A stretch of DNA of 64,000 bases from the human T2T-CHM13v2.0 reference genome, Homo sapiens, in the NCBI RefSeq assembly GCF_009914755.1, contig NC_060945.1. One strand, written 5' to 3'. The translations under genes were made by a program, and so were the position numbers. Each line of letters opens with the position of its first letter. Positions within the stretch are counted from its first letter, which is position 1. The notes below the pieces were generated by a model. That model worked only from the letters and a program-made list of their open reading frames with translations. It ran no database searches and had not been told where the DNA came from. This document shows, piece after piece, positions 17,555 to 35,887 of this stretch.

Positions 17555-19017
17555 CATTGAAAAGAAAAAAAGCTTACGTATAAATTTAACTAAGAAGGTG
17601 AATGATCTGTATACTAAAACTACAAAACAATAATAAAAAATTACATTGGACACAGTAAGTGGAAAGATGTTCCATGTTCACAGATTAGAAGAATTAATAT
17701 TGTTAAAATGTCCATACTACCCAAAGCAATCTACAGATTAAATGTAATCCTTATCAAAAATTCCAAGGGTATTTTTCATAGAAAAAAAAATCCTAAAATT
17801 AATATGTAACTACAAAAGACCCTTAACACCCAAATGAATCTTGAGCAAGTGTACAAGAAAGCTGAAGACATCACACTTCCTGATTTCAAATTATGTTACT
17901 AACCTCTAGTAATCAAAATAGTATGGTACTGGCATAAAAGAGACATAGACCAATGGAACAGAATACATAACCCAGATATAAACCCATGCATATATGGTCA
18001 ATTAATTTTCAACAAGGGATCCAAAGATATACAATGAGGAAAGGACAGTTTCTTCAATAAATGGTGTTGGAAAAACTAGATATCCGTATGCAAAATAATA
18101 TAATTGGGTGTTGTTTTACACCATACAGGAGAACCAACTCAAAACGGATTAATGACTTAAATGTAAGACCTGAAACAATAAAACTCCTGGAAGAAAACAG
18201 AAAAAAAGCTCACTGACATTGATCTTGGCAATAATATTTTGGATATCACACTAAAATCTCAGGCAACAAAAGCAATAATATATAAGTGGGAGTTATGTAA
18301 AACTAAAAAGCTTCTACATAGCAAAGGAAACAATCAACAAAACAAAAAGGCAACTGCTATGCTTTTAATGTGTTTCCCAAATTTTATAAGCAAGAAACTT
18401 AATCCACGATATGGCAGTATTGAAAAGTGGGGCCTGTAAAAGTTAACAGGATTATGAGGGCTCATAAATGAATTAATCCATTTATGGATTAGTGGTTTAA
18501 TAGATTAATCGGTTATGGGAATGGAACTGGTGATTTTATAAGAGAAGGAGAGAGCTAAGCAAGTATGATCCGTCCCCTCACTACCATGTGATGCCTTTCA
18601 CTGCCTCAGGACTCTGCAGAGAGTCCCCACCAGCAAGACGTTCTCACCAGATATACCTCTCTACCTTGTACATCTCAGCCTCCATAACCCTAAGAAATAA
18701 ATTTCTTTTCTTAATAGATCAGACAGTTTCAGGTATTCTGTTATAAGCAACAGAAAATAGCAACCTATGAAATGGGCTAATATCCAAAATATACAAGGAT
18801 CTCATACAACTCAACAGCAAAACAAAACACAAAAACAAAGAAAAAGAAAACTAAAAAAAAAAAACTAATTACAAAATGGGTGAAGGAAATGAATAGACAT
18901 TTCTCCAAAGAAGATATACAAACAGCTGACAAATTTGTGAAAAGGTGCTCAACATTACTAGTCATTAGGGAAATTCAAATCAAAACCACAATGAATTAGC
19001 ACCACAGCTATTAGGAT

Positions 19018-19025
<8 letters not shown>
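17555..19025 (+). mobile_element. Continuation of host L1M ORF2, split by an MST LTR
   Basis: gaagaattaatattgttaaaatgtccatactacccaaagc and further ORF2-like sequence. Confidence 0.85.
18355..18759 (+). mobile_element. MST(C/D)-like MaLR solo LTR
   Basis: tgctatg start; aggtattctgttataagcaacagaaaa end; 5-bp TSD gcaac at 18350-18354 / 18760-18764. Confidence 0.8.
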
Positions 19026-20970
<1,945 letters not shown>

Positions 20971-21546
20971 TGAAACCATAATTTTGCAAAATTATGACTG
21001 AAACAGTGAAACAGAGCTAACTTAACCAACTCCATCTTGCTTCTAATCTCCAAGCTGTCTTGTTCATTCCTGGGCATAGGCTGAACTAAGTTTGGGAGAA
21101 AGTTTATAGTTTAAACAAAGAGAGTAACAACGCTTTCCCAAAGCACACCTCCTTCCTGCCTGGGGACTAGATAGCCTTTGTAGGACTAACATTAGTGACA
21201 GTATTAGAAATTATGGTTTAGGAGTCATGCAGCTGGAATCTACAAGATTCTGACCGTCCCTATACTGCTCCTAAGACCAATGCTTGAGATATTTTGTAGA
21301 CCCTGCATGTGATAGATCAGCTGGCACCACCCAGATCAATAAACTAACTCATCTAATCTTGTGGCCCCCACCCAGGAACTGACTCAGTGCAAGAAGACTG
21401 CTTCTACTCCCTATGATTTCATCTCTGACCAATCAGCACCCTGGCTCACCAGCTTCCCCTCACCCACCAAGTTATCCTTAAAAACTCTGCTCCCCTAATG
21501 ATTGGGGAGACTAATTTGAGTAATAATAAAACTCCAGTCTCCCACA
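20971..21546 (+). mobile_element. LTR8 (ERV1), U3-R only, followed by an A-run
   Basis: tgaaacc...ttttgcaaaattatgactga...aactccatcttgcttctaa LTR8 start; stops 16 nt after AATAAA. Confidence 0.85.
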
Positions 21547-21558
21547 TTAAAAAAAAAA

Positions 21559-23530
<1,972 letters not shown>

Positions 23531-23581
23531 TAAAGATTCATATTGTTATACCCTAAAAAATCACTAAAAATAATTTAATTA

Positions 23582-23941
23582 CAGTAGTCCCCCATTATCA
23601 GCAGGAGATACATACCAAGACCTCCTGTGGCTATCTGAAACCCCAGATAGTACCAAATCCTGTATATACTATGTGTTCTTCCATCTGATAACTGATAACA
23701 GCAACTAAGTGACTAACAGGTGGGTAGATATATAGTGTGAATATGCTGGACAAAGGGATGATTTACATACTGGGCAGTAAGAGCTGGACAATGTGAGATT
23801 TCATCACGCCACCTAGAATGGTGCACAATTTAAAATTAATTATCAATGTCTGGAATTTTCCATTTAATATTTCCAGATCATGGTTGACCACAGGTAACTG
23901 AAACCACAGAAAGTGGAATCATGGATAAGGTTGTACTAGTG
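23582..23941 (-). mobile_element. MER44-like Tigger (TcMar) MITE
   Basis: Imperfect TIRs cagtagtcccccattatc / ggataaggttgtactagtg, flanked by TA. Confidence 0.8.
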
Positions 23942-23959
23942 TAATAAGAGGTCTAAATC

Positions 23960-24940
23960 ATAACCAATAGTCATGTTAAACGGAATCATAATGAAAATTC
24001 AAAAGCAGGCAGAAAAGAAAAAAAAAACAGGTGGAACAAATAGAAAACAACTAGCAGGCTGGGCAGATTATAACCAGACCTCATAAAAGTGGTTACATTA
24101 AAGGTAAATGGTCTAAAAATACTAAGTAAAATACAGAGATGGTCAAATTAAATAATAAAACAAGAGCCAAATATATGCTGTATACCACAAACTCTATATA
24201 TAAAAACATGGAAAGGTTAAAAGAAAACTGATGTAGAAAATACACCATGCAAGCCCACCTCCAAAGAAAGCTGGAGGGGTTATATTAATATCAAAGTAGC
24301 CTTCAAAAACAGAAATATTATTTGGAATGAAGAGAAAATTAATAATGGTAAAGGATAACCAAGATGACATAAAAATCCTAGATGTGTACCTAGGAAAAGA
24401 GTTCCAAAAAACAAGAAGCAGAAACTGATACAACTAAAAGGAAAAATACGCAAGTCCACAACTATTGATTAAAATTTCAACACAACCTTTTCAGTAATTG
24501 AATGAACAAATATACAGAAAATCATTACGTGTCAAGACTTCAATAACAATATCATCTGACTTAACCAACGAGCAGCCGATTAAACATTCTTCTCAAGTAG
24601 ACATTCAGCAAGATAGACAACAGTTGTGCCATGAAACAAACCTCAACCAATTAAAAAGAAATGATATCATACCAGGTGTTTTCTCTGACTATAATAAAAT
24701 TAAATTATACATCTATAACGGATATCTGTAAAACCACAAATATTCGGAGATTAAAAAATATACTTCTAAATATCCCATGCCAAGAGCAAGTTAAAAATAA
24801 AATTAGAACATGTTTTAAGTTGAATAAAAATTAAAACCCAATGTATTAAAATGTATAAGGTTCTAAAGAAATGCTTGAAGTGCAATGGATGGTGCAAAAC
24901 ACTTCCATTAGAAAAAAGAAACAGGTTTCATTCAGTTGTC
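23960..24940 (+). mobile_element. Ancient L1M ORF2 endonuclease-region remnant
   Basis: acattaaaggtaaatggtctaaa, atatgctgtatac, ttctctgactataat motifs. Confidence 0.7.
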
Positions 24941-25362
24941 TAAGAACAATGACCCTAACACCTGTTCCCTTTTCCTTTCCATCAGAGTTAATTATCTGTA
25001 AGGAAGATATACACATCTAAAGACAGATTTTCCAAACACATGCATGTGCATTTTGAAGCCAGACATTATAATCAATTAAGATTCATTCCTAGAACATCTG
25101 GTCACCAGTCAGGCATTCAATTTAGGAACTATCACTTTAAGCATTAAATGCAACTACTTTCAATAACATTTTGTCTTCTTCCTTTGAAAGTAAAAATATC
25201 TGCTTCAAAACTATAGTTTTGTAATTCAAAGGAAAGTTTACCATATTGTTTACTACTTATTTTCTTAAAGCTGGAAACAGACAAAATACACCACTGGAAA
25301 GCATAATTAATATGTGTATCATAACATCTAAAGCTACAGTTATAAATAATGTGTCTTGAGCT

Positions 25363-25475
25363 TAAAGTGACCAACCATCACAGATTGCCCAAACTATAGG
25401 GATTCCAGAGACATGGGATTTTCAATGCTGAAACTGGGCAATTCCTGAGCAAAGTATGACAAGTTGGTGACCCTA
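25363..25475 (+). mobile_element. MER81-like hAT MITE
   Basis: TIR-like taaagtgaccaac / gttggtgacccta, ~113 bp long. Confidence 0.7.
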
Positions 25476-26132
25476 GGCATACATGTCTAATGAATCATAC
25501 AGATCTATTTTAATTGAACAATTATAAAAATAAATTGTTAATAGCAAGTATCTTAAAACAAAATAATTCAATGTTTGTCTTAAAACATGTTAACTTGATT
25601 TGTTACTTATTTTCATGGGATCTACGTTTGTGTTGTTAAATCCACAGGTTGTGTCTTCATGGCCCCAGTCACAGGCCCACTGATGCTTCCTAGCCTGGCT
25701 CTGTGCATGTTTTCAGTTTGTTCTCTCTTTCTTCATAACTACCACAACTTCCTCTAGTTCTCAGTATTACTAAGATTGTTGGTGCAAATATACTTGAGAT
25801 CCCCAGTTCAACTTGCCCCTATTTTCCCAAATGTGTAGCAAACTAACTAGGCTAGACCTGCCGCTGACTAGCCTTTCTTTTTCTCTCGTTTTTAGATGGT
25901 TCTCAATGGATGTGTCAGTGTCTGTGTGTGTTAGCATGTAAGAATGTGTGAAAGTATGTTTTGGGGGAGTACCACAACCACTAAAAGCACTTTTACAAAT
26001 AACACAGATTTCCACCCTCAAAAGATTCTAGACTGTTTCCTAGAGAACGGGAGTGGGAAGTAGCAAAGAGTAGTTTGAATATGTCTCACGAATAATTCTG
26101 ATATGTATATCCCAACTCTCCAAGCTCTGCCA

Positions 26133-26159
26133 ACACACACACACAAACACACACACACA
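26133..26159. repeat. (CA)n microsatellite, interrupted
   Basis: Read directly. Confidence 0.85.
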
Positions 26160-27339
26160 AACTTATACACTCCACTGGAATCTTGATGAACCAATTATCT
26201 ATTTCATTCTTGGTAGTAGTGAGCTAGTAGAGATTACGCTATGTTAAGCCTATAATTTTATTATTTATTCTTTCCCCATTAGGAAACATTATTGTCAGGG
26301 ATGTTCTATAGTATACTTACGTAAAGTATTACCATACTTCATTCTTTTTTCTCTTGTAACTTCTTACACAGAAAAGAAATCTGGAATGGATTATGTGTCA
26401 GTTATTACATCAGGCCCAAGAGAACGTGTTGCTTTCACATGGGATGTGGCAAACTTCCCAGGGCCCCTAAATGGACTACTTAGGGAATCCCAAGCCCCAA
26501 AAAATGGTCCCTGGAAGATACCTGGTCTGTTGATTCACATCCTGGACTCATTTAATCATTGGTGTTTGTTCATTGGCTTAGCCAAGATGAGAGATGAGGT
26601 AATGATATCTGAATTTATCAGACAATTTTCCTTTCAATGTCATATAAATTTGTGGAGGATCCAAGTAAGACTCTATGTATTTATATGAGGATGCTCTCCT
26701 CACTGGACATGAATGTGGCCACCATTAATACTATATTCTTAAATAAAATAAAGACATCCTTCTTAGGTTGTTTGAGGCAGTAATTTCCAACTTCATTGCT
26801 TTATTTTGTTCGAAATAAACATTCTTCTCTATTTGCCAGCACTCATTATTCCTGAAAACAAAAATGCAAAATAAAAACAAAAGTGGTCTAGGACATATCA
26901 GGGGGAGACAGCCAGAATCCCTGACATCTATTGTTTGCTTCTTGATTGGTAATCATGGTGTTTGCTTGTAAACTAAACGGCTAAGAGGACTGAAAAGAAT
27001 CTCGAAATAGGTTTACAAGTGTTACCAGATTCAATAGTATATTTCTGAAGGTCAAGGCAAGCCAAAGGAGAAGAATTTTCTTGTTATCAGATGCCCAAAT
27101 GGTATCACCAACATCCAAATCACCACCAGCAATACTGGTAGTAGGGTAACATTTTGGAATTCTTAGTAAAGTCTCATTAATCAGACTTTTCTAATAGGAA
27201 ATTTGTGACTATCCAGACAGAAATTGAGTTAAATTTTACTTTTGTACTCTGAACGAGAATTGAAAATGTAAGCATAAAATATTAACCAATTTGAAATGAA
27301 TGTAAACTGTTTAATCACTTTATAATAGTATTGACAAAC

Positions 27340-27520
27340 ACATAGAGATAGAGAGCAGAATAGAAGAACAGTGTTAGACAGAGAGTAGAATGGAACTTAC
27401 TGGGTCAAAATGAGATGATGAAAAGTTCAGGAGATGGATAGTGGTGATGCTTGCCAAACAATGTGAATGTACTTAATGTTACTGAACTGTCTACTAAAAA
27501 ATGGTTAAAATGATAAAAGA
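27340..27520 (+). mobile_element. L1MB-type 3'UTR fragment
   Basis: gatgatgaaaagttc...ggatagtggtgatg...aatgtacttaatg...aaaatggttaaaatg. Confidence 0.75.
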
Positions 27521-27689
27521 GAAAAAATAGTACTGAATGCAAACAATTATTTCAAATCTTAGTTCAACTCCTATGTTCTTCCAAGTAGAACATATATGCT
27601 CTTAAAAATATTCTCTCATTTTGAAACATTGGACAATTCAATTCTACCTACCATAAACATTTATTTCCAGTAATCTGGAAATGTTAGTA

Positions 27690-27925
27690 TACATAGTGCT
27701 GTGCCAGCCTGACTCAGTCGTTAGACTACTGGAAATAAATCCTCACTTCACTAGATTCTAGCTGTGAGAGTTAGACAAGTTTCTTAGTTTTCTCTTCTAT
27801 GAAATGATGCTGGTGATGGTAATTACCTTACAGGATCTTTATAAGATTTAAATGAATTCATATATGTAAAGCACTTTGAATAGTTCCTGGCATACAGCAA
27901 ACGTTCAATAAATGTCAGCTAATGT
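27690..27925 (+). mobile_element. MIR
   Basis: aatcct...tagctgtgag...acaagtt...tgtaaagcactt...caataaatgtcagcta. Confidence 0.7.
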
Positions 27926-30629
27926 ATATTGTAATGGTATAACAAAAATGTGAAGTTTTGTTAGTATGGAAAACATGTATACATGGATAAAGTAGGGATA
28001 GCTATTTTTTAGATAATATACAAGTTGTGATGAAAGCAAATAAAATATGCTGAATAATTTGCGAAAACATTTTAATAAAACTATTCCAGTTGTTTAAGTT
28101 TAAAGGTTTATAGACAACTTATCTTTCTATTGTACAATGATTCTTCAACTGAAGAATAATGCTTATATATGTATGTCCTCTAAGCAGTAGACGATGCAGG
28201 ATAACAGCCTTTGCCACATTTCATTTGCAGACTATTAATGGGCAACAACTTTAATTGTTATTTATTTATGTTTAAAATTTAATGAAGATATGAATAATTT
28301 AAAATTTTTGTCATATTACAAAAGTGGAATATTAAACTTGCAATGTATCTAGCCATCTCATTTTCTAGAAGTATATCAAATGGAATTTATCACAGGAAAG
28401 ATTTATTTAAAATGTGAATAAGCATGAATAATGAATAATAGGAGTAGCCATTACCTATTAAAACTGCAATTACACAAAGAAGGAAATACTATACCAGAGT
28501 CATTATTTTCCTGTTCATAAATCTTATTGAAGGGACCACCCTTCTATGAACTGACACTAACTGTTTACTGCCTATTCCAAAATTTTCTCCAACTGTTGAC
28601 AAACCAATCACAAGGGTGCACAGCAGGGGATGGGACCATTTCTTCTACTAATCTTTTAGACCATTTCTCCTACGTATCTTGGCAGAAAACCTGTAACAGT
28701 TTGAACAGAATTGTGCACAATATGTGCAGCTCAGCCAAAACTCATTAAGTGCCTTTGTCTCATGCATCTTGTGAAACACAATATTGCACCCCTGATGAGC
28801 AATGCCTCCAAATGTTATGTTAACATTAAGATCACCAGAAACCATTAATTTACTAGTCAAATTACATCTCTCAGCAGCATTCAGACAATGTTCTGGGGAA
28901 TGATCTGCCTATCACCAAGTATAAATAAAATTTTAATGAGTGTTTTCCAGTACTTCAAACACAGGTTAAGAAAGTGCTCTAGAATATACTTCATGACTCA
29001 TGTGTTACAGGATAAGACTTTAATTTAAAGCTAACATATTCCGTACATTTTTTCCAGGTACAAACAGTATTTACACCGCTCTCTGGCTTTATTAAAAGGT
29101 GGCTTTCTTTCAGAGAATTAAGGGACGTCTTCAATTTTTAGCTCTATCTTCTTTTCATTGATGTCTATTTCCAGGTCCACATTTTACTTTGCCTCTGTTG
29201 CTGCATTGCATTCCACATCTGTATTTTCCCATGTCATAGGCTACTCCTAGAATGCCTTTTCTTACCTCAAATAAAGCCAACTACCAGTTATTTCCCTCTC
29301 TTTCTAACTGCTCTCAAAAATACACTCCATCAATGAATTATCTCTGACTAGCTAGAAGGCAGGGTGACCTCTTCCAATTCCCTTTGTTAGATATTCTCAA
29401 ACGGTCCTTGGTAACAGAAAGTGCAGTTATCACTATACCTTTCCACATATAAACATATTCATTATTTAAACTTACATTTTAAAATTAGGCTTGCTGTTTC
29501 TGTCCCAGATTATAAACCAAAAGCTATAAGGCTCTTTGCCTGACTTGGCATAGACTCTACAGCATCATCATATACCAAGAGGCATTTAATAAGTCGCATG
29601 CACATTGTTATCTACAAAATGTGGTAAACATAATAGCCAAGATGGTTAAATACTAATAAGTTATATTCCTCAACATTAGTCATTTCTTCAACTAAATTTT
29701 CTAGCATCCTTATTGTCTATCTTTACCTGGGACATAACCTTGATTGATAAGTGAGCAATACTTTATCTTCCAATGACAAAATCAAATAAACTACATGACA
29801 ACCTGAGCAATAAGGCAAAAATTGATCTTTAACGTTAATAAAAAAACCCCAAAATCATCAAAAAATAGATCAATTTAGCCATTGACTGTGGACAAGGCCA
29901 TCACATATAGGTCAAAATTCAACTGCGTTTGATCTAACAATCAAGAGGTCATTGTTTTCCCTTTGCCATTTGCTAAATTCTAGCTTCAGTCTGTCTCCTT
30001 TACTTCATTTTTTAAAGCATCTTAAGGCAATGATAATATCACATTTATTGATTTTGAAAATAATTCCAATTTAGAAAATAGTTATAAATGACAAAATTTT
30101 ATTGGTTTTGTTTTTAATAGATAATGGGCTAAGATATAAAAACATATTTTACAAATGTAAAATCCTCTTATTTTGAGTAACAACACAAAACGAAATACTG
30201 CTTCCTAATTTGCTGATAAATATATTAAAGGAGAAGGCAAATAAAATGATTTGTACAAGCAGCTGAGCTCATCATTCAATAAAATCCATAAGAATGATAG
30301 GTCATGTCCTATAATGGTTATTTCTAGAGACCTGAACGTGGCAATAATATAAGATCAGCCTTATTCAGAATTCGTGGCTGATGATTCAGACCAGAAACAA
30401 ATGAAAGCTTAGAACAACTTCTCAAAAGTTAGTGCTCAGTTTTGTAGCAAATACATTTTACTATTTTTTAAAAATATTTTTAAGCCTCAATAAAGAAGGA
30501 TTAAAAATATGAAAGTTCACAAGAATGTTTGCTCAAAAAAATAACAAGTTAGAAAAAAACAATCAAATGAAGACTTTGGAGCAAAGACATTAATGGCATG
30601 AAGCCTGTGATTAAATATGATGACTGAGG

Positions 30630-30850
30630 GATGATTCTGAAGCCTAATCACCTAGCACCAAATTGTACCTGTCCTGCCTTCTAGCTGGGCAATTAGGAAA
30701 ACTTCCTTAAGCTCTCTTGCCTTCTTTCTCTCATTGGCAAATAGGGATAATAACAGTACCTACCTCAAACACTTACGTGTTAATACAGACACAGCTCCTA
30801 TAACAGTGCCAGGTACATAGGATGTGCTACATTTGATTTTTTATTATTAT
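30630..30850 (+). mobile_element. MIR
   Basis: ggcaaatagggataataacagtacctacctca core. Confidence 0.6.
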
Positions 30851-30918
30851 TTCTGATAAGCTTTCATCATATCTTTAGTGCATTTTCTAATGGCATCTGT
30901 TTGTTTTCTTTCATTTGA

Positions 30919-31182
<264 letters not shown>

Positions 31183-34100
31183 TGAGACCTATTTCAGTGA
31201 AGCGTTCTTTTTAAAGTAGCAATTGAAAGTCCCCAACATGATGAGTCCACCGGGGTGAATAGTCTTCAACTGAAAGCCAGAGATAAAAAAAGAAATTTCT
31301 AAATATTAAAAATGCCATGATGATAACTTTGAAACTTAATTGCAAAAGATGGCGATAGCAATATCTAAAATGGCAATTGTCTGAAATGAGTGCCAATTAA
31401 AGGTCACAGGAACCTACAAAAAGGCTATGAGTGCTCCATTACACATTGCTAATTTGAGTAAATAGGGAAAGCGGCATTTATATGCAAATTGTGCGAAGAG
31501 AACATATTGCAAATATATTTCTACAGCTATGTTACCCATTTTCCTACTGCGTGTCTAATGAACAAGGGAGTTCCAGTCTTTATTAATAGCCTGTAGGATT
31601 AGCATTTGCTTTACAAAGAAATTGTCAATAAAAGAAAGGGGAGTTCCCAGAAGTTACCCACTCTACGAATCAGCACACTTACTACTAACACATGGATTTC
31701 AAAATTGACCAACACAGAATCAGAAACCTGTACCACAGTGTTTTAAACACTTCAGGCATGGAATGTAAAATGAGCACTAGCCGTGTCCTAAGAACAAATG
31801 TATTTTGAGCAAGAAAACATTTCAAAACTATCTTTGTTGTGTCCTAATGCTTCAAGCACTTTGGCCAAACAGTCCTACCATGTAAGTATCCCCCCCACTG
31901 GGATGCAATGGTTGAGGAAATTTCAAAATAGCTGTATCCTTTTAAGGAAACTATTCCTGTTGTTCGCTAAGGCAAAAGCTTGCGTGTAGATTTGTCTTCA
32001 AAGATCTTTGTCAACAGGTGTTAATAAGTTTGTTAATATCACAATTGGCTACTCTTTATGTACATTAAACACTAAGTATTAGAGAATAGAGTGATGATAT
32101 GTAGAACTTGCTATATAGAATTATTAATTTTCCATTTTTTCTGAGAAGCCTGCTGCCATTAAGGAACATCAGTTGGCAAAAAAAAAAAAAAAAAAAAAAA
32201 TCACTATCCCCTACAGCACCACTTCTGCGGTAGCTTTCTAGAAACACCAAACGCTACAAGCTTCTTAGGGATGAAAACAGTTTTTTATGCAAACATAGAT
32301 GAGGGCTTCACTTGGTGCCTTTTCAATTAACAGTTCTCAACAAAACCATTTCTGTACTGATTATTTCTGACTCTCTTCTATTTTGAAATGATTTCTCTGA
32401 CCAAAATTTATGTTGAAAAAACTCACAAAGATAAAGAAAATGTTACCTGTTTCCATAACACAATTTTTAATAGCATTTTCCTCTAAGATAGGCCAATTGT
32501 TTTTTTCTTATAGAATGTATTTCTCATGAAAAACTATTTTAGACATGAGAAGGTATTATTTTTCAAATGAATCATGACAGAATTTTTGTGAAGATGCTAC
32601 ATTACCCATACGAGGAACACTGTTTCACATTTTCCAGGTATTTTGGAATCCTACCTTGAGGAGAAATTCAACAGAAGACACTGTGGTCAGGACCTCTCTA
32701 GCTAAATGAAAAATTGACATAATTTTCTTCTACAGACAGCCTTAAAAAAATATTTATTCAATTCTCCAGATAATTTAGATAAAAATGATGTTTGGAGTTT
32801 GATTTGACTAAAAATATCACCTTTCCTTCAGCTATTTGACTATATGGACATGACCTCAGATGAACACAGCAGAAATGTGGAGTTTAGGTCAATGAAAAGA
32901 AATTAATTTATAAAATCTAGTGTTTCCAATTCTAGTGATGGCTTAGGAAACTTCACTTTCTCTGTTGATAAGAAAAATAATTATTAGTGATAGATTAATA
33001 AAATAACTTTAAAACCATGTATTTGACAGTTTAAGTAAAGTTTATGCTGTATAAGTTCAAATTTTACTGCCTTTTTAATAATGTGTAAATCATGTTGACA
33101 CTTGTAAGAAAAATGTCCATATTATTTTAAGTCCAAATTTTACTGCTTTATCATTTCTATTACGTATTTTGGAAATGGAAATCTTTTGACCTTAAAATAA
33201 TCAAGTAATAAAATAAAGTAGTAAAAGAAATTGAAAAGCCGTGCATCTGACTCTTTATTTCAAACCATTAAGATGGAAGTAAGAAAAAAATTGATGACTT
33301 CTATTCATAACCAATTGAAAAAGGAAGGAAATCTCTCTTTAGCCTGAAAGTGTATATCTAGATGAGAATGACCAAAAATGGATAAGCTCTGGTTGGTCAA
33401 TATAATGAGTAGTTACTGATGTACTGATATTTTTAATAGCTTAGCCTAGATGGTATTACTTTTGTAAGTTATATGTAAGAAATTATTTGGCTATTCACTA
33501 AACTTATTTTCCAAAAAGTGCTTTCTATTTCAGAAGCACTATGTTACAAATACTGTATCATAAAGAAAAATAAGAAAGGATAATGTCCTCTACCTTTGAA
33601 ATCTCAGTAACATTTTAATGTTAACAATGGTCTGCTTCTTTTTATATCAATGCTAACATAATACTGAACAGTCTTGCTTGAAAAAAATTCAAAAAGAAGA
33701 TAATGAAATATCCCAGAAATTTGTCACATTGTAGAAAGAAAGCCGCAATAAAAAATGTGAGATCCCTTTACACAACATATTTCTTAGCATTTGATCAGAA
33801 AGCTTTGTTATTGGCACTCACGTAATATTTCAATATAATTACCATGTTGTCTGCTAATCATTACTCACTAACTAAAATTACTAAACACAAAAACTATGCT
33901 TATTCCTATGAAAATATTCAGTTAAGGAGTTTCAAAGCATAAAATCTTTATTTTTAATATTACCTATTACATATTAAATCAAATGAATTAGAATACTAAT
34001 CCTGAGAAGTAACTGCTTACAATATAAAAATAGTATATCTAAATCTATTACTGATCTACGATTATTCTTCAGTCCAGTTCCCTGTACAAATCCAATCTGT

Positions 34101-35887
34101 GTCCAAGCTTATTTAAAGATGTCAATCTCATCAGAATTTAAATATGACACAGCATTATAAAACATATCTGGTTACTCAAGATTTCTACTAGCAAACATGG
34201 CTTTAAGCAGACCCCAAAGGCAAACCCTGCCAGAGGGGGGATTCTGTATGCCTATCCTTTTCCAAATTCATCTCACTAGAGTGACCGAGCCACCAAAGAC
34301 AGGCCACATCCCTGAAATATTGCTTAGCCCTTGTGTTGAACTATCGGGCATTTTGATACCTTTTCAGAGTTGCAGTCCACATTTCCCCAGTATTGGTTTC
34401 CATTTTCACGACTATTACAGGCTATTCTTTGAAAATTGTGTTTATAAGGGAAAATATAAAGTTCTCATCCATTGAACAGACCAAACTCCTAAGCTCAATA
34501 TATTTTTATCTTCTATGTATTTATGGTCCATGGCTGCCCTTCAGTTAAAGAATAAAAAACTCAAGTGAGATAAAGCATCAAAATATATATTATAGTTCCA
34601 TTTAGGTTTTAGCTTAGAAGGCCAAGGACATTGCCACTTAGGGAGAATCTCTGCCTCTCAACAAATCAAAGTGTATTTGCTTTGATTAGTTTCTTAACTG
34701 AAATGAAAAGGTAATTTGGATCATTTGTTGAACATACCAAACCCACTGGTAAATTCAGCCAATCAGCTATAAGGAGTAAAACAGGCAGTTAATATAATTT
34801 GTATTAATCATAACCACTGCAATTATGTAAATGTAGCTTGAAATGTTATGTGTTAATTTAGTATGCTACTGTTGCTTCTAGAGAACCTACGAATTTCTAA
34901 ACTCAAAGGCACCTCCAGAATTCCTGAAAGGTGTTGACACTGTCATCAGTTATGTTCCCAGATGACTTGGGTATTACGGGCTAAAAGCTACATTTTGTCA
35001 CATCTCACAAATATATCTGTGGTTTGACTCCAACCTAGTACTCTGGTTAAGCACAATTAAATAAACAAGCATAATTTATCCCTTATATTACATTAAGAGT
35101 TAGTGAACAGAGGTTATTCATTTACATCTAGGGGCCGGAGAAAAAAGAAGCACTCAATTGTCTTTTAGAATGTTTAGCCCTGAAATCTATTTTTGTACAT
35201 GAGTCTTAGATGCCTTCTGGATAAGGGCTCAGATCATTACACCAAAATGCATTAGTCTATGGCAAAAAAAAAAAAAAGAGTTTGATTATGTGAATGAAAC
35301 TAAACAAAAATCCTGGGTCCAGAGGAATGCCTTAAAACTAGGATAAGAAAATTGTGTTCTCACATACTATAAAAATACAACTTCAGGGACATCTATCTCT
35401 GGTTTTGGTTTTGTAATTTTAAGTTTTAGTCAAAAATTATTGCTCAGTCATGTCTTTTTTCTCTTCCTATTCCAGAGATATATCTCATGTGATGTAACAA
35501 GACGAAGGCTGTTAAGGCAGCTGCTCAAAATAAAAAGTCTCTAAAAAGCAATAGCTTCAGCTGTATCAAGTCTTCCCTGTGGAGCCATATTCAGGCACAT
35601 GAGCCAAACACATATCATGCGTCTTCTTCCTCTTGTACAAACTGAAAAACCAAAACACTAGGGGAAAGAGAAGACAGTAAAATCAACATTAGGCTTGTCA
35701 AGGCAACTTAATTATTTCGCCACAAATTATTGAATTTTATGTCATGGACTCACCCAAAATTATGTATTCTTATAAAGTAAGCATCTTTGATAATAGATAT
35801 TGCTATTTAACTTATGCCTTATCTTCAATTTAGAAACTGCAGTGTTTTAATGTCCCACATTTTAGATAATAAATGGAGTCCCCCATG

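Noticed and set aside
35451-35540. Strong acceptor (ctcttcctattccag) followed by AATAAA as a terminal exon
   Set aside because: Isolated motifs with no linked upstream exon; common by chance in AT-rich DNA.
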